Under the pieces are notes generated by a model. It saw only the letters and a list, made by a program, of their open reading frames with translations, did not search any database and was not told where the DNA came from. Positions 29,439 to 41,350 of a stretch of DNA of 64,000 nucleotides are shown here, piece by piece; the stretch's first letter is position 1, and every line of letters begins with the position of its first letter. The stretch is from the human T2T-CHM13v2.0 reference genome, Homo sapiens: the NCBI RefSeq assembly GCF_009914755.1, contig NC_060930.1; one strand, written 5' to 3'. The position numbers were made by a program, and so were the translations under genes.

Positions 29439-32205
29439 ATCTTTTAACATTTTGTTAAACGAGATCTTGTGTTTATATTTTAATATTTAAAATTTTTTCT
29501 TCCCACATCTATAACCACTAGAGTAGCCCAACAAGACAATTCTGGCTTGCTAAAAGAACTGATTGAGAAATTATTTTAATACTAATAGCAATAATTTTAA
29601 ACATACCAACTAATAACTATTGAGCACTATTATGCACTTCTCATTTGTTTCTCATGATAAATTTATTATGTAGATTATTGATTCTGTTTACTATTTTCTA
29701 TTTATTGTTTACTGTTTATACTACTGGTATTCTGAGAAGACCATGCTTTTCTCTAGCGTCATATTTACATATGTAAGGTCTTCAAGCAAAGAGATAATGT
29801 TGGATTTTTTTTCCATATCATTCCTGTTTGGAAGAAAGCATTATGCAAGCTGAGCTCAGTTCTTTTCTTTCTCTTTATTATGAGAAGTCAGCCACTCCCA
29901 TGGAAGTAAACTTTCAGATATGTGTTGAGGAACTCTCTCTGAAATTGCCAAACACTGTGCCTGGCTGAGTTGAATGTTTCATTCTGTGGTAAAGTATTCG
30001 GAAGCCCACTAGTTGAAGATCTAAATCCACAACTCTAACGGAGCAATTATCAATAACAAAACTGACAAAAGTATTTTCATTTCTCTGATGCCTTGCAATT
30101 GTTCTTCAGCTGGTTCTAAACTTGTTTGGGAAAGGACGGATCTTTCAAATCTTTGCAGTTCCTTTATATTTTAGAAAATGAGGTATTTTTTCAAAGTCAC
30201 AAACCTAAGACATGACATGGCAGCACTAGACTCAATTTCAGGCTATTGACAGCAGACATCATGCTCTCCCTTACTTCCCTATACTGAGAATCTTTACAGT
30301 CTTATTTACCATCCTTTTACCAATAATGACATTTGGCATTATTGAGTTGTTTGAATATTACAAGTGATGCTTATTGAAGGTTCCTTACATCCTGTAGTTT
30401 TACCCAGTGCTTTTATTAGGACTTTGAATATTATTATGGATCATCGCATAACCATAATGTTTCAACGTGGAGACTGAATACAGTATTCCATGTCTTGTTT
30501 GCTTTTGATCTTAAAATTATATAAAAATGACATTAAAATTAGAACAAAATCTTTTCATCAACATCAGCAAATTATTGGAATATACGCTCAGTTTTGGTAT
30601 AAGAATAACTGCATTGTAGTATTACAAGAAAACTTTGAAAAGCAATGTATAATATTACTATCAACTAAATAATAAAATGTGTAAGCAATGTCATTATCTT
30701 GCTATCTGTATTGTTTAATTACATATAAATTAATTTATATGTAATACAAATGACATATAATATGTATTTTAGAGATAAAAGCTCTGAGTAAACTCTTATT
30801 TATTTAAGAGGTGCTAATTGTATCAACTCCTATATGATTTTATCATGAACTTATTATTTATTGAAAGTAGCACCTTATGAAAACTAAACCATAAATTAAG
30901 AGCAAAAAATAAAATAATACTTGTTTTCAGCCTGAACAATTAGGAAAATGCCAGCTAAAATAAAAATTTAGTCTGTGATATTGTTCAATACTAGGTAAGA
31001 GTTAATGATTCTATAAAATAAATAGAATCTTCTATTTGATACAAAGTGCATATTTTTATTTAAGTTGAAAATTCTCCTTTGATTATTAAAAATAAAGGAA
31101 TGTTATTTAAAGTGTTTTTAGTTTTGTTTTTCAATTTAAAAATCTCAAAGCAAAGAAACTCTTCAAGAAAACTTAAACTGTCTGCAATTTGTTAATGCCT
31201 TATTGATAGTTGAATGATTTCTAAAATAATTATTCAATAACAATATTTATTGCTAGAGCATAATATAAGAAAAGGTAGATCTTGTCTTTGCCTTGAACTA
31301 CAAGAGTAAAATATGTAGTTTTTTTCCCGTTTTGAAATATCTACTTGAAGAAGTCAGCAATAAAAATAAATGGAATTTTAAGTCAAATGCTTCAGATTTT
31401 TATTTCTATTTATTTATTTTTTTGCTAATGATAGTTCACTAAATAGAAAATGTGTTTAGAAATAAAGGAGATTCTAGTGTGTTGACACTAGTAACCAACT
31501 TGTCTTCCAGGATTCTTGTAACTCTAGATTCTGTATTAGGTGTGTCAGAAAAGAAGTCATTTTGGCAATTTTACAGAAGTGTCTCTACTCAGAGTCTAAT
31601 AATGATAACATTTTTTGTCATACATAATATTCTTCAGATCATCGTATTACTTCAGATCCACATCTATAATGTTGGAATATAGATTGAACAATTTTAGAAA
31701 AATAAATATGTTTTAGAATATTTTAGATAAATCTGAAAAAAAGGTAAAGACTTTAAGAATGATAGTAACTATGACAAGCCCTTGCTTAAAAAAAAGTTTA
31801 TTTTACCTAATTCCGAATGTTAAAATTAATGAATTGATTCACAAACATTTCTCTATATTCCAGAGTTTACAGTAATTCCTTGTTAACCCACTATCCAGTT
31901 ATTGCAAATAATTTTGAGCATTTTCCCAGACTTTGAAAACATAAGGAGAGAGCCAGTTGTATGGATCTGGGCATAAGAGGCTGATCTCAACCCCACTCTC
32001 CTCTGGCATGTCACACATCTGCCTACACTATCCCTCTCAAGTCTCTCGTTATCTGTTTTGGAAGTGACAAGGAAATAGTTGAAAGGAGAAATAAGTCTCT
32101 AAGAAGGATTCAGCGTAAAGCTCTGGAATTATTCTGGGAAGATACTTACATCCTCAAATGCCACATTTGTCTGTATACAAGTTAATTCGGTGTGTTGAAA
32201 CCCAG

Positions 32206-32589
32206 TGATATGATTTGGCTCTGTGTCCCCATGCAAGTCTCATCTTGAATTGTAATCCAAATTGTAATTCCCAACGTGTTGTGGGAGGGACCTCGTGGGA
32301 GGTGATTAGTTCATGGGGCCCTGTCCCCCATGCTGTTCTTGTAATGGTGAATGAGTTCTCACGGTATCTGATGGTTTTATAAGGGGCTTTTCCCAACTTC
32401 ACTTGGCACTTGTCTCCTGCTGCCATGTGTAGAAGGATGTGTTTGCTTCGCCTTCCAACATGATTGTAAGTTTCCTGAGGCCTACCCAGCCATGTGAAAC
32501 TATGAGTCAATGAAACCTCTTTTTTTTTTTTAAATAAATTACCCAGCCTCAGGTATTTCTTCATAGTAGCGTGAGAATGGATTAATACA
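32206..32589 (+). mobile_element. THE1 (MaLR) solo LTR
   Basis: TGATATGATTTGGCTCTGTGTCCCC...GAGAATGGATTAATACA. 5-bp TSD CCCAG/TCCAG. Confidence 0.92.
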
Positions 32590-32867
32590 TCCAGGAAATT
32601 CAGTTTTCCACACAATAATAAATTGAGTGAAGATTGAGATACTGGTATAACAATCTACTCGAATTTTAAGTTAACTAAGAAGAAGAATACTGAACTTAGT
32701 ATTCTGTGATTCTTTTAGTCTTATTTCAGTCTATGCAAGTTTTATTTTTGTCTATTTAAATGTAGCAAACATGGAAAGAATTATTCTGACAGAGGTCGGC
32801 TAAACCAAGTAGTATTCAGAGATTCTAGAATTTCTGTCTCCCTTGAATTACATAGTTACATTATGCC

Positions 32868-33015
32868 TCTATCTATCTATGCATCCATCTATCTATCTAT
32901 CAATCATCTATCTACTTGTATCATATTTGTATTTATATCTATCTATAGATACAACATATAGTTGTAAATATGACTATCCGCCTATAGATAGATAGCTTCC
33001 ATTTATCATCTATCA
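32868..33015. repeat. degenerate (TCTA)n microsatellite
   Basis: TCTA, TCCA and TAGA units visible. Confidence 0.8.
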
Positions 33016-33217
33016 CAATCATTTAAGAAGAGACCCGAGAGCAGAATAATTTCTAGTAAATTGAAAGTATTTATATACAAAGACAAAAAATTAATATTTG
33101 CTTCAGTGGACTACAAGGTCATTTAAAACAAATAGGAAGAAAGTCTATAAATAATTCATCAGGTGATTGAAGATTTCTAGGGGAACAAAAGCCCTGATAT
33201 TTTCCTTCTGAAAAGCA

Positions 33218-33689
33218 GTCATTAAAGGTGTTATTTTTATTACCACACTCTATTAAAATGGGCATATATATGACATATGGTGATACAAATAATACCATGT
33301 ATGTATAATGTCATGCTTAGTTGTAATTATGTGTATACATAGTTATCAAATCTTTTGATTATTTACTATATCAGGGAACGAAATAATACATTCCTGTGAG
33401 CTAAAATGTAGGAGCCCCATTTTCAAGATATTCCTTAATATGAATTTTTAAACTTCAGTCATTCACAAACTGCCTTGTAATTGTTGCTGTAGCTGAATAC
33501 CTCCTATATTAATCTTTACTTCACATGTTTCTTTAAAACAACCCAGGACCAACACCACTACCCATTCTAATCTTTCAATAAGCAAAAATACTTATGAAAT
33601 AATGAGTTAATGTGCATGTTCTTTCAATGCACACTAAAATAAATACAGAATTAAAAAAATAAAATAAAAATCTGTCCATGTGCTGCCTA
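33218..33689 (+). repeat. local duplication, copy 1 (3' half MER113-like hAT fragment)
   Basis: Colinear with 36163-36627 from GTCATTAAAGGTGTTATTTTTATTAC to TGTCCATGTGCTGCCTA. Confidence 0.9.
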
Positions 33690-36162
33690 ACATTACCCCA
33701 AACAAACCTCTGAACTCTATTATTTTGGTTGGTCTTTATCTGTAAAATGAGAATAACAATATAGTACCTAGTTACCATTTACTGTGGGACTCTAGTAAGT
33801 TAATATACGCAAAATATTTTAGAACTATACCAGGCCCTTAAGTGTTCAATACACGTTCACTAGTATCTGCATCATTCATCAACTTATGAGCAAATCTTGA
33901 GAAATCCTGCTTTATTCACTATCTCTATTGTTTTCTAGGGTTGCTTCTCTCCCCACTAACCTATGAAACCCTTGTCCAAGTAACCAATGTTTTTATCACA
34001 AATGTATGCCTGTCTTTTCGTCTTACCCTGCATCCAACTCAGTGATGGTATATAGCAAGTCCTTAATAAATATCTGTTGACAAGTTGGTTGAATGAGTGA
34101 TTTAATAACTTAAAATACATGGGATGGAAAAATGAATTCAACACTAACATACTTGCTTACTCATTTTTAAATTCCTGTTCTTATATCTATATGGAAGAAA
34201 AAGGTACAGAATTGTAATTATTAGAAGAGTAATAATTGTTTTTGCCCCTTGGGAAAATATAATTTTATTGTTAATTTTGTAATTTTCTCTCCATCAACCT
34301 TATCTTCTTGCTCAACTCCTTCCAAAATTGTTAATTTCATCTAATTATACAGTTCATTCTAATGGTTTTTACCTAGGTTCTACAGTGAAATTTCTCTATA
34401 ATTCATTCAACAACTATTTGTTGGGTCTTATGTTCACTAGAAATTGTGCTATGGACTATAGACAGATGGCTGAAGAAGTCATATCCCTGCCCTAAAGTGG
34501 TTACCAGTATAGGGAAGAGAATACCTCCCCCTACACACACAAAATAATTATAATGCAATATGACTAGGTGCTTCATGAATATAGGAACACAGAATTCCCT
34601 ATTTCCTGCTTTATTCCTGGCATTTATTTTAAAAATCAATGCTATATAATATTATATTGGTGGTATTCAGAAGTCTTTCTGAATAGTAGTCTGTAAAACT
34701 CAGTTGGAAATAGAAAAATTTATGACTTTGAGTCCAAATGCACTAGGAGTTGAACATTATACCTCATTTGAGTCCTGTAGCAATCCTGCGAGCACTAAAA
34801 CATTTAAAATATTTTAGTTTTTAAAAATTTATTTCTCCATCATTACCTGTGCATCTTCTAGATTAGGCATTTGAAAATTCTGTGCATACATGGCAATACA
34901 GTCAACTTAAAAGATCTTCCCATTACTTGGTTGAAGCAGACCTGGTGTAATTTCAAGGGCATTAGGAAAATCTCAAAAGCAAACAAATTTTTCCCTCTGG
35001 GTTTGTTGATGACAGAAATCTCACCCTCTGTAATTTATCCTTATGGATAAAGGCGTTTAGGTTACTGAAGTGTAACTATTCCTGGGAGAGGAAGCATATT
35101 AAATTATCAAACATTTAACAACTTACTAGAATTGCTTTGATCAGTTTCTTTCCTGAGAACAAGAACTGATGGAAAGAAGTTAATAAAAGTGCAGGGATAT
35201 TGGGCTTGGGGGACACCACCACCAGGAAGAAAGTTTGAAGGAAGACTGAGGGTACCTGAGACTGGCAGATAGGAAGTTGGCCCTGCCAAGTGGGTTCATT
35301 GTTGCCTACAGTCTAGATTTTCCAGCCTGATGAGGTAGGGGAAACATCTGTGCTGGGGCTGCCAGAAAATATGGTTTATTAGAAGTAAATTTGTAAATAC
35401 AAAGAACAGCAACTGGCACTGTGAGCCACCGGAGGTTAGCTGCAGTAATTACACTGGCAAAAGGCTTGCTTGAACACTGCTCTTGTTGGTGGCAGAAAAC
35501 AGTCACTTGAAACAGCCTAAAAGCACTAGATGCTCACCCAAAACAACCAAAATTATAGAGTTCAGAGGTTTGTTTCTGAAAACAAAAAGGTAACACGATA
35601 GAGTATTAGATATCACAATCCCTGATTTATTTGAGCAAACTTTGGCAGAGATGTCAGATATAAACAATTACATAATCTTTTCTGGAAAATATATAAACAC
35701 AATCTTAATTTTTTGTTAACAGATACCCTAATTTTAAAATAAGTTCCAAAGTGATTATTTCTGCAAAGCCAAAAAATTACTCCCACAAGCGCCATCACCA
35801 CTATTGATCATTCCTTTTTGTTAAAGTGTTAATTTTTATATAGGACATATATGTTCTAATCCTATATGCTAGTGATTCTGTAGGTGGGTAAGTAAAAGTG
35901 AAGACAGAAGCTTAACTTCACAGTTTGTTTCCTCATCCATAAAAAAAGAATGTTAAGTGTTTTCTTTCTGCTTTCACAATCCACAATACATGATATAAGC
36001 ATCTGGAAAAATAGCCATGATTTTCTCATTTTCATGTGGTATTCTATTTTTTCCTTCATTTGAGATGTAATAGAAAATTGCTATTCTGAAATTTCCCAGT
36101 AAATTAATTGTCTCTGCATACTATGTAGATTAGTTTGAAACTTTAAGAAATATGTGTAATGG

Positions 36163-36627
36163 GTCATTAAAGGTGTTATTTTTATTACTAAATTCTATTA
36201 AAATGTGCATATGTATGAATATATGACATATAATGATACAAATAATACCATATATGTATAATGCAATGCTTAATTATAATTATGTGTATTACATAGTTAT
36301 CAAATCCTTTGGTTATTTATTTAATACATCAGAGAAGGAAAAATATATTCCTATCAGCTGAAATGTAGGAGCCCCTTTTCAAGATATTCCTTAATATGGA
36401 TTCTTAATCTTCAGGCAACTGCCTTACAATTGTTTCTGTAGCTGAATACCTCCTATATTAATCTTTACTTCATATGTTTCTTTAAAACAACTCAGGACCA
36501 AAACAATTACCCAATCTAGTCTTTCACTAAGTAAAAATACTCATGAAATAATAAGTTAATGTGCATGCTATATCAATGCAAACTAAAATCAATACAGAAT
36601 TAAAAAAAATTGTCCATGTGCTGCCTA
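36163..36627 (+). repeat. local duplication, copy 2
   Basis: Colinear with 33218-33689, with scattered substitutions and small indels. Confidence 0.9.
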
Positions 36628-36699
36628 CAGTTATCTCATAATTTCCCGATTGTGTGTATAATACACATGGGAAAACAGAATTTTGTGTGCAAATTAATT

Positions 36700-36880
36700 A
36701 AGAGCTTGGAGTTTGGAGTCAGCTGCCTAGGTTTAACTTCTTATCCTGCTGCTTAGCTATGTGGCTTCCAGGTCCCTTAGTTTCCTCATTAGTAAAATGG
36801 GAATAATAAATCATCTACCTCACAGGGTTCTTGTGAGAATTAAGATAACATTAAAAAACTCAGAGTAGTTTCACATAGTT
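36700..36880 (+). mobile_element. MIR SINE
   Basis: TTGGAGTCAG...AGTTTCCTCATTAGTAAAATGGGAATAATAAATCATCTACCTCACAGGGTT core. Confidence 0.8.
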
Positions 36881-37637
36881 CGTAACACACACACTTTTTG
36901 TGCTAATTTTTACCGTGTATTAAAGAATCATTGTGTGGGTATTTGTATTCATTGACTTTTCCATGCATGCAATACTCCAATACTAACTGTTAAATTGAAA
37001 CTGAAGCCCAGATTATTTGCTCCAAATCCAAGTTCTCAATAGAGTTGCAGAAGCTTCTAAATAAGTCTAAAACCACTTTCCTGAGCAGTTTATTTCCTGG
37101 GAGATGCTAACTTATTGTTTTGGACATCCATTAATCAATTCAAACTTTAATTCAAATATTTACTGAGTGTCTCCTGTGCACAAGACAGATGATATGAAAG
37201 GGATACAAAGATGAATCAATCAGGCAGAGCTCTCCCTAGCAGAGTTAACAAATAACACTCGTATAATTAGCAAGTGGCAAGTGCCACAGGAGAGGTCCAC
37301 AAGAGATGAGCTTCAGAAGTTCTGTGAAAAGTAAGGAGATTTCCAGCTCAGGGAATCTGGGAAGATGTTAATATTTGATCAGAAACTTTAAGATGCCAGG
37401 CACTCTGCAAATCGTTATGTGCATTATCTCATTTACTCCTGACCACATGCCAATAAGTTTTCCCTTTCTGCAAAAGCAGTAACAGAAAAGCGAAGTTTGA
37501 GCTCAGGGCCAACATTACAACATGTTGTTTTATTTATATTATCTAAATATAAATTATAAAATTTTTTAAAATTACATGTGGGGGGCTTGGAATTACTGTT
37601 TCATTTGTATTCCATCGCACTTGGTGACTTGCCATTT

Positions 37638-37790
37638 ATGTTTTTATATTTTTTTAAAATTTTTTATTGTATGTGGGTTCATAGTAGGTGTGTATATTTA
37701 TGGGGTGCATGAGATGTTTTGATAAGGCATGCTAAGAACATACACTAGGAAAAAGACAATGTGTTCAATACACAGTATTGGGAAAACTGG
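37638..37790 (-). mobile_element. 153-bp L1MA-type insertion with inverted 5' segment
   Basis: Antisense A tail plus 3'UTR, then a sense-strand ORF2 piece. Flanked by the exact TSD CTTGCCATTT (37628-37637 and 37791-37800). Confidence 0.8.
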
Positions 37791-38064
37791 CTTGCCATTT
37801 GAATGCTATTTACTCTAGTAATTTATTTCTTTAGAAAATTAAATGCTACATTGGTGTCCCATAAGACTTGGCACAGCTTCCAAAATTACTTAGCCTCTTC
37901 CCCCTGAAGCAGTTTATACTTTAGGAGAATGTGTTTAATCATGTGTAGAATAATTATATTTCTGAATATTTAAATCATAATTCAAAATAATCTAAATCAA
38001 TATTCTTAGTCTGGGCTTAGTAACACACTAACATTTTACATTTTCCTGCTCTTTTAACTGTCAG

Positions 38065-40290
38065 CCCTTTGTACATCTTTACGCATTGGAAGAATTCGTT
38101 GATCAGAGAGGAGGCGTCTCAGCACAGGCTTCAGGTTCTGGTATAAAGATGACACAATTATCCAGTGTTTGCCAAATACACACAGTTTCGAAGAAATATG
38201 CAACATTGTTATGTAGAGCAATTCTTGAGGATGGAATTGTCTCCAAATTGTCAAAATCTGTTTCAACATAATCTCCTTTTTTTCTTTCCTATTGTAACTA
38301 CGGGTGCTATTGCCCTCAGCAGAGAATTTGGTGAGCTGTGGAAAACCTGTCAGGTGAGCAAGCTTAATTAGCCCAGAATAGTTCTTTAACATTTCTAAAT
38401 CCAAGCCCTAAAGACAGATATGATTGAAGACTATAAAAAATAAAAATATACTTAAAATGCTATTTTGAGGCTCATTAAACTTGAATTAGTCAACATCTAT
38501 TTCTGCAGACAGAGTCAATTTGCATTTATTCAGTGGTTCTCTTTGGACAATTAATAAGTGGGTGACATTAAGTAACTTGAATCAAAACAAAATAATTAAA
38601 ATATGTAGTGAAAAAACTACATCAAAAATGGAAGTGAAGATAATATGAATTCAGACTCTGGTCATTTGTTTCTTATGACAGAATTATATAGACAATTGTC
38701 AATGACCTTTTTTAGAGAACATCATAAATACCACATAAAGTAAACAATAACAACAACTGTGTCTGTGTATGAGCAGCCTCTTGTCTTATTTCCACTTTAA
38801 GAAACCACAAGTTCTACTGCCAAATAAATTGAGTTGATAGATGACAAGTGATATTTTTATTTTTCATCTGAAAGGGCTACAAAGAAATTACCTATCCTTC
38901 TTTGCCACTAATTCAAAATATTTTTTTCAAGGCTCTGGCAAAAATGTGGAGGATGTTTCTCAACTTTCAGACATATCTGGCTAACTTACCCTTTTTCTAC
39001 TTTTGAAGCATTACATAAAGGGACGTGTGTGAACGAAATTTTGAAAGCCTGTTGGGAAAGGAAGCAAAGTGGTTCAGGCCTAAGTGTTCTGATTCTAGTT
39101 ATGTAATACTGGGGCCAGGAAACTTTTTCCATAAAGGGACAGAGAGCAAGTTTTGGGATTTGAGGGCCACTTGGTCTCTGTCTCAACTACTCAGATATGC
39201 CCCTGTAGTGTGAAGTAGCACAAGACAATACATTAAAAGTGTGGTGGCTGTGTTGCAACAAAACTTTAACTTGTAAACAGGTGGCAGGTCAGATTTTGCC
39301 CAAGAGCAGTGTTTTTTTCACCACTGATGTAGTCTAATGCCAAGACTGATTAAGTAAACCTAGCCAAGGAAGAGTACTTTCCATTAGTTATTCAAGCAAG
39401 GCTGTGTTCTTTACAGATTGCATTCAAGTATATGGAGCTGTGACTGAAGAAATCAGGGAAATTTCCAGAAGGTCTGATGGGAGCCATGTCTTTTGGTGAC
39501 TAAAATGGATATGTCTCCTGTTATTGGATAATGATGATGAATTCCTGATTGAATATCCTGTCTGTACTGAATTCTTTCTGTGCCATTTAGAAAAGCTAAA
39601 CTTGTTTCATTTGCCCAGGTGGTGTCTATTCCTGGTCCCTTTGCCAATCTGTGTCCATGGGTGTTTGTGCATCAGTGCTTGCAGCTTGATAGAGACTGTC
39701 AAAATAGCATCTGAAAGGCTCTTTCACCAGAGGGTGCCAGAAAGTTATGATGCTTCTGAACTCTTCCTGGTATGTTAAACCTGCTTCAAAGTGGCAAAAC
39801 TTGGTGGACAATATAGTGTTGAATTGCACATAAAAAGAGAGCAACTGCAATACATCACCAAAGTGCTCTGGTACCTACAGGTATTTGGGATGCAATTCCT
39901 TCCCAAGGAGTGTGGTCTGAGTAGCTTCATGTGGGGTCTTCCAGTACAAGAATATTCAATCTCCACTGCCAAACTAGCCACCCTCAGATCTCAGGATGAA
40001 AACCTTTCCCATCATTTCTATGTTAGCCATGAATGAGGATTGCAGTGCCTTTGCTGGACTATTGGAAGTTGGCTCTCTTCACTTTTCAGGGTCTATTCCA
40101 AAAACCAAGTCACACGGTTTATGGCGTATGGCAAATATACATGCAGATAGGAATAATCTGGGGTCATGTTGAGTTGAGACAGTATCTAAAATATGCCAAG
40201 AATTCAATGCCAGAAAATGGAAACTGAAGAAATTCATAGTTGAGAGTAGGCAAAGCAGTAATAGGATAGACAGCAGCATTTGTCAAAGCA
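38065..40290 (+). mobile_element. ancient decayed non-LTR retrotransposon RT relic (L4/RTE-X-like), interrupted by MER58
   Basis: Ordered RT-like motifs across shifting frames: LEEFVD...Q/TGFR, ELWKT, QGRVLS (about 39364), ICLLLLDNDDEFLI (YADD-like), YRYLG (about 39875), VYGVW. Confidence 0.55.
39109..39326. mobile_element. MER58A-like hAT MITE
   Basis: CTGGGGCCAGGAAACTTTTTCCATAAAGGGACAGA...GGTCTCTGTCTCAACTACTCAG...CCACTG. Degenerate 8-bp TSD ATGTAATA/ATGTAGTC. Confidence 0.8.
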
Positions 40291-40989
40291 GAAGAAATGT
40301 CAAATACTAACTGAGAAGTTGCTACGATCAGTGGCCAAGTGAGTCTAGTTTCTTGATCATCCATAATTTTGTCATCAAAGAGAAATTTATGCATGGGTTT
40401 CCCTTTCATACAATATCCTATTTTTCCTATATTACTGGGCATAAAGAGGGAGAATTTAAAAGTTTCGGGCATTTAAGAGAAAATAATGGTCCTCTTATCC
40501 CATTCTTCTAGACATGCAGATATCACAGACAATTCAAATGTCAAAAAATATTAAGAAGACTTATGTTAGGTTGTCCACTTATTATTTTTCTCAACAAGAG
40601 CATTAACAACTCTCATATGCTTGTATTATGGTTTTAAGTAAAGAATATTCTGTTGCCAAAAAAATAGAAAAGATAATATAAGATTTAAAATGTTCCAATT
40701 TTTAAATAAATTTATGAAATTGAAAGAAAAATTCTTATTTTACCCAAGAATAATGAGAATGCATTTGTTTATTAATCAATGTTTGGGAACCATTAACCCA
40801 ATTTAAATACTTCTCATATTTGAATAGCTTTGATAAACTCCCTGTAAAATGGTTTGCTGGCCTATGTCTAGATTTCTTCAGTTATGGAAAATTCTGTACC
40901 ACTTGAAGTATGTCATTTGTTCTTAGACTCTGAAATACATTCGTACTTTACAATAAAATCTGTCTTCCTATAACCACTTCATTAGTCCT

Positions 40990-41350
40990 TATCTCAGTTC
41001 TTCGGCATCTGTAACAAAGGGCCATAGACTGGGTGGCTTCAACAACAGAATATTTGCTCAATCAGAGTTCTGGAAGCTAGAAATTCAAAGATTGGGGTGC
41101 CAGTGAATTCGGTTTCTGGTAAGAATTCTCTTCCTGGCTTGCAGATGGCCTCTTTCTCACTGTGTCCTCAAATGGTTGAAGGAGATAGAGATCTCTAGCT
41201 TCTTTCTCTTAAGGGCAACAACCCTATTGGATTAGGGCCCCATCCTTGTCACCTCACTGAACATTGGTCACTTCCCCATTTCCAAATACAGTCACATTGG
41301 GGATTAGGGCTTGGACATATGAATTTTGAGGGACACATTCAGTCCATAAT
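40990..41350 (-). mobile_element. MLT1 (MaLR) solo LTR
   Basis: CCATAGACTGGGTGGCTTCAACAACAGAA...AGTTCTGGAAGCTAGAAATTCAAAGAT...GGACACATTCAGTCCATAA. Confidence 0.8.

Noticed and set aside
32154-32615. 153-aa minus-strand ORF
   Set aside because: Lies almost entirely within the THE1 LTR; a typical repeat-derived spurious ORF.
34910-34955. DLPITWLKQTW, resembling an APE endonuclease xLxETW motif upstream of the RT relic
   Set aside because: A single short motif without other endonuclease motifs; could easily be chance.
36640-36676. Short imperfect hairpin TTTCCC..TGTGTGTATAATACACA.GGGAAA
   Set aside because: Too short and imperfect; probably the decayed end of the adjacent hAT fragment, with no support for an RNA gene.
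38054-38404. 116-aa minus-strand ORF as a host exon
   Set aside because: No recognisable domain or partner exons; antisense to the RT relic.
40079-40279. Minus-strand ORF with a signal-peptide-like start (MLLSILLLLCLLST...), suggesting a secreted-protein pseudogene or endogenous viral glycoprotein
   Set aside because: Its continuation has repeated stops and no family motif I recognise (no resemblance to bornavirus G or L as recalled). The opposite strand is better explained by ordered RT motifs.
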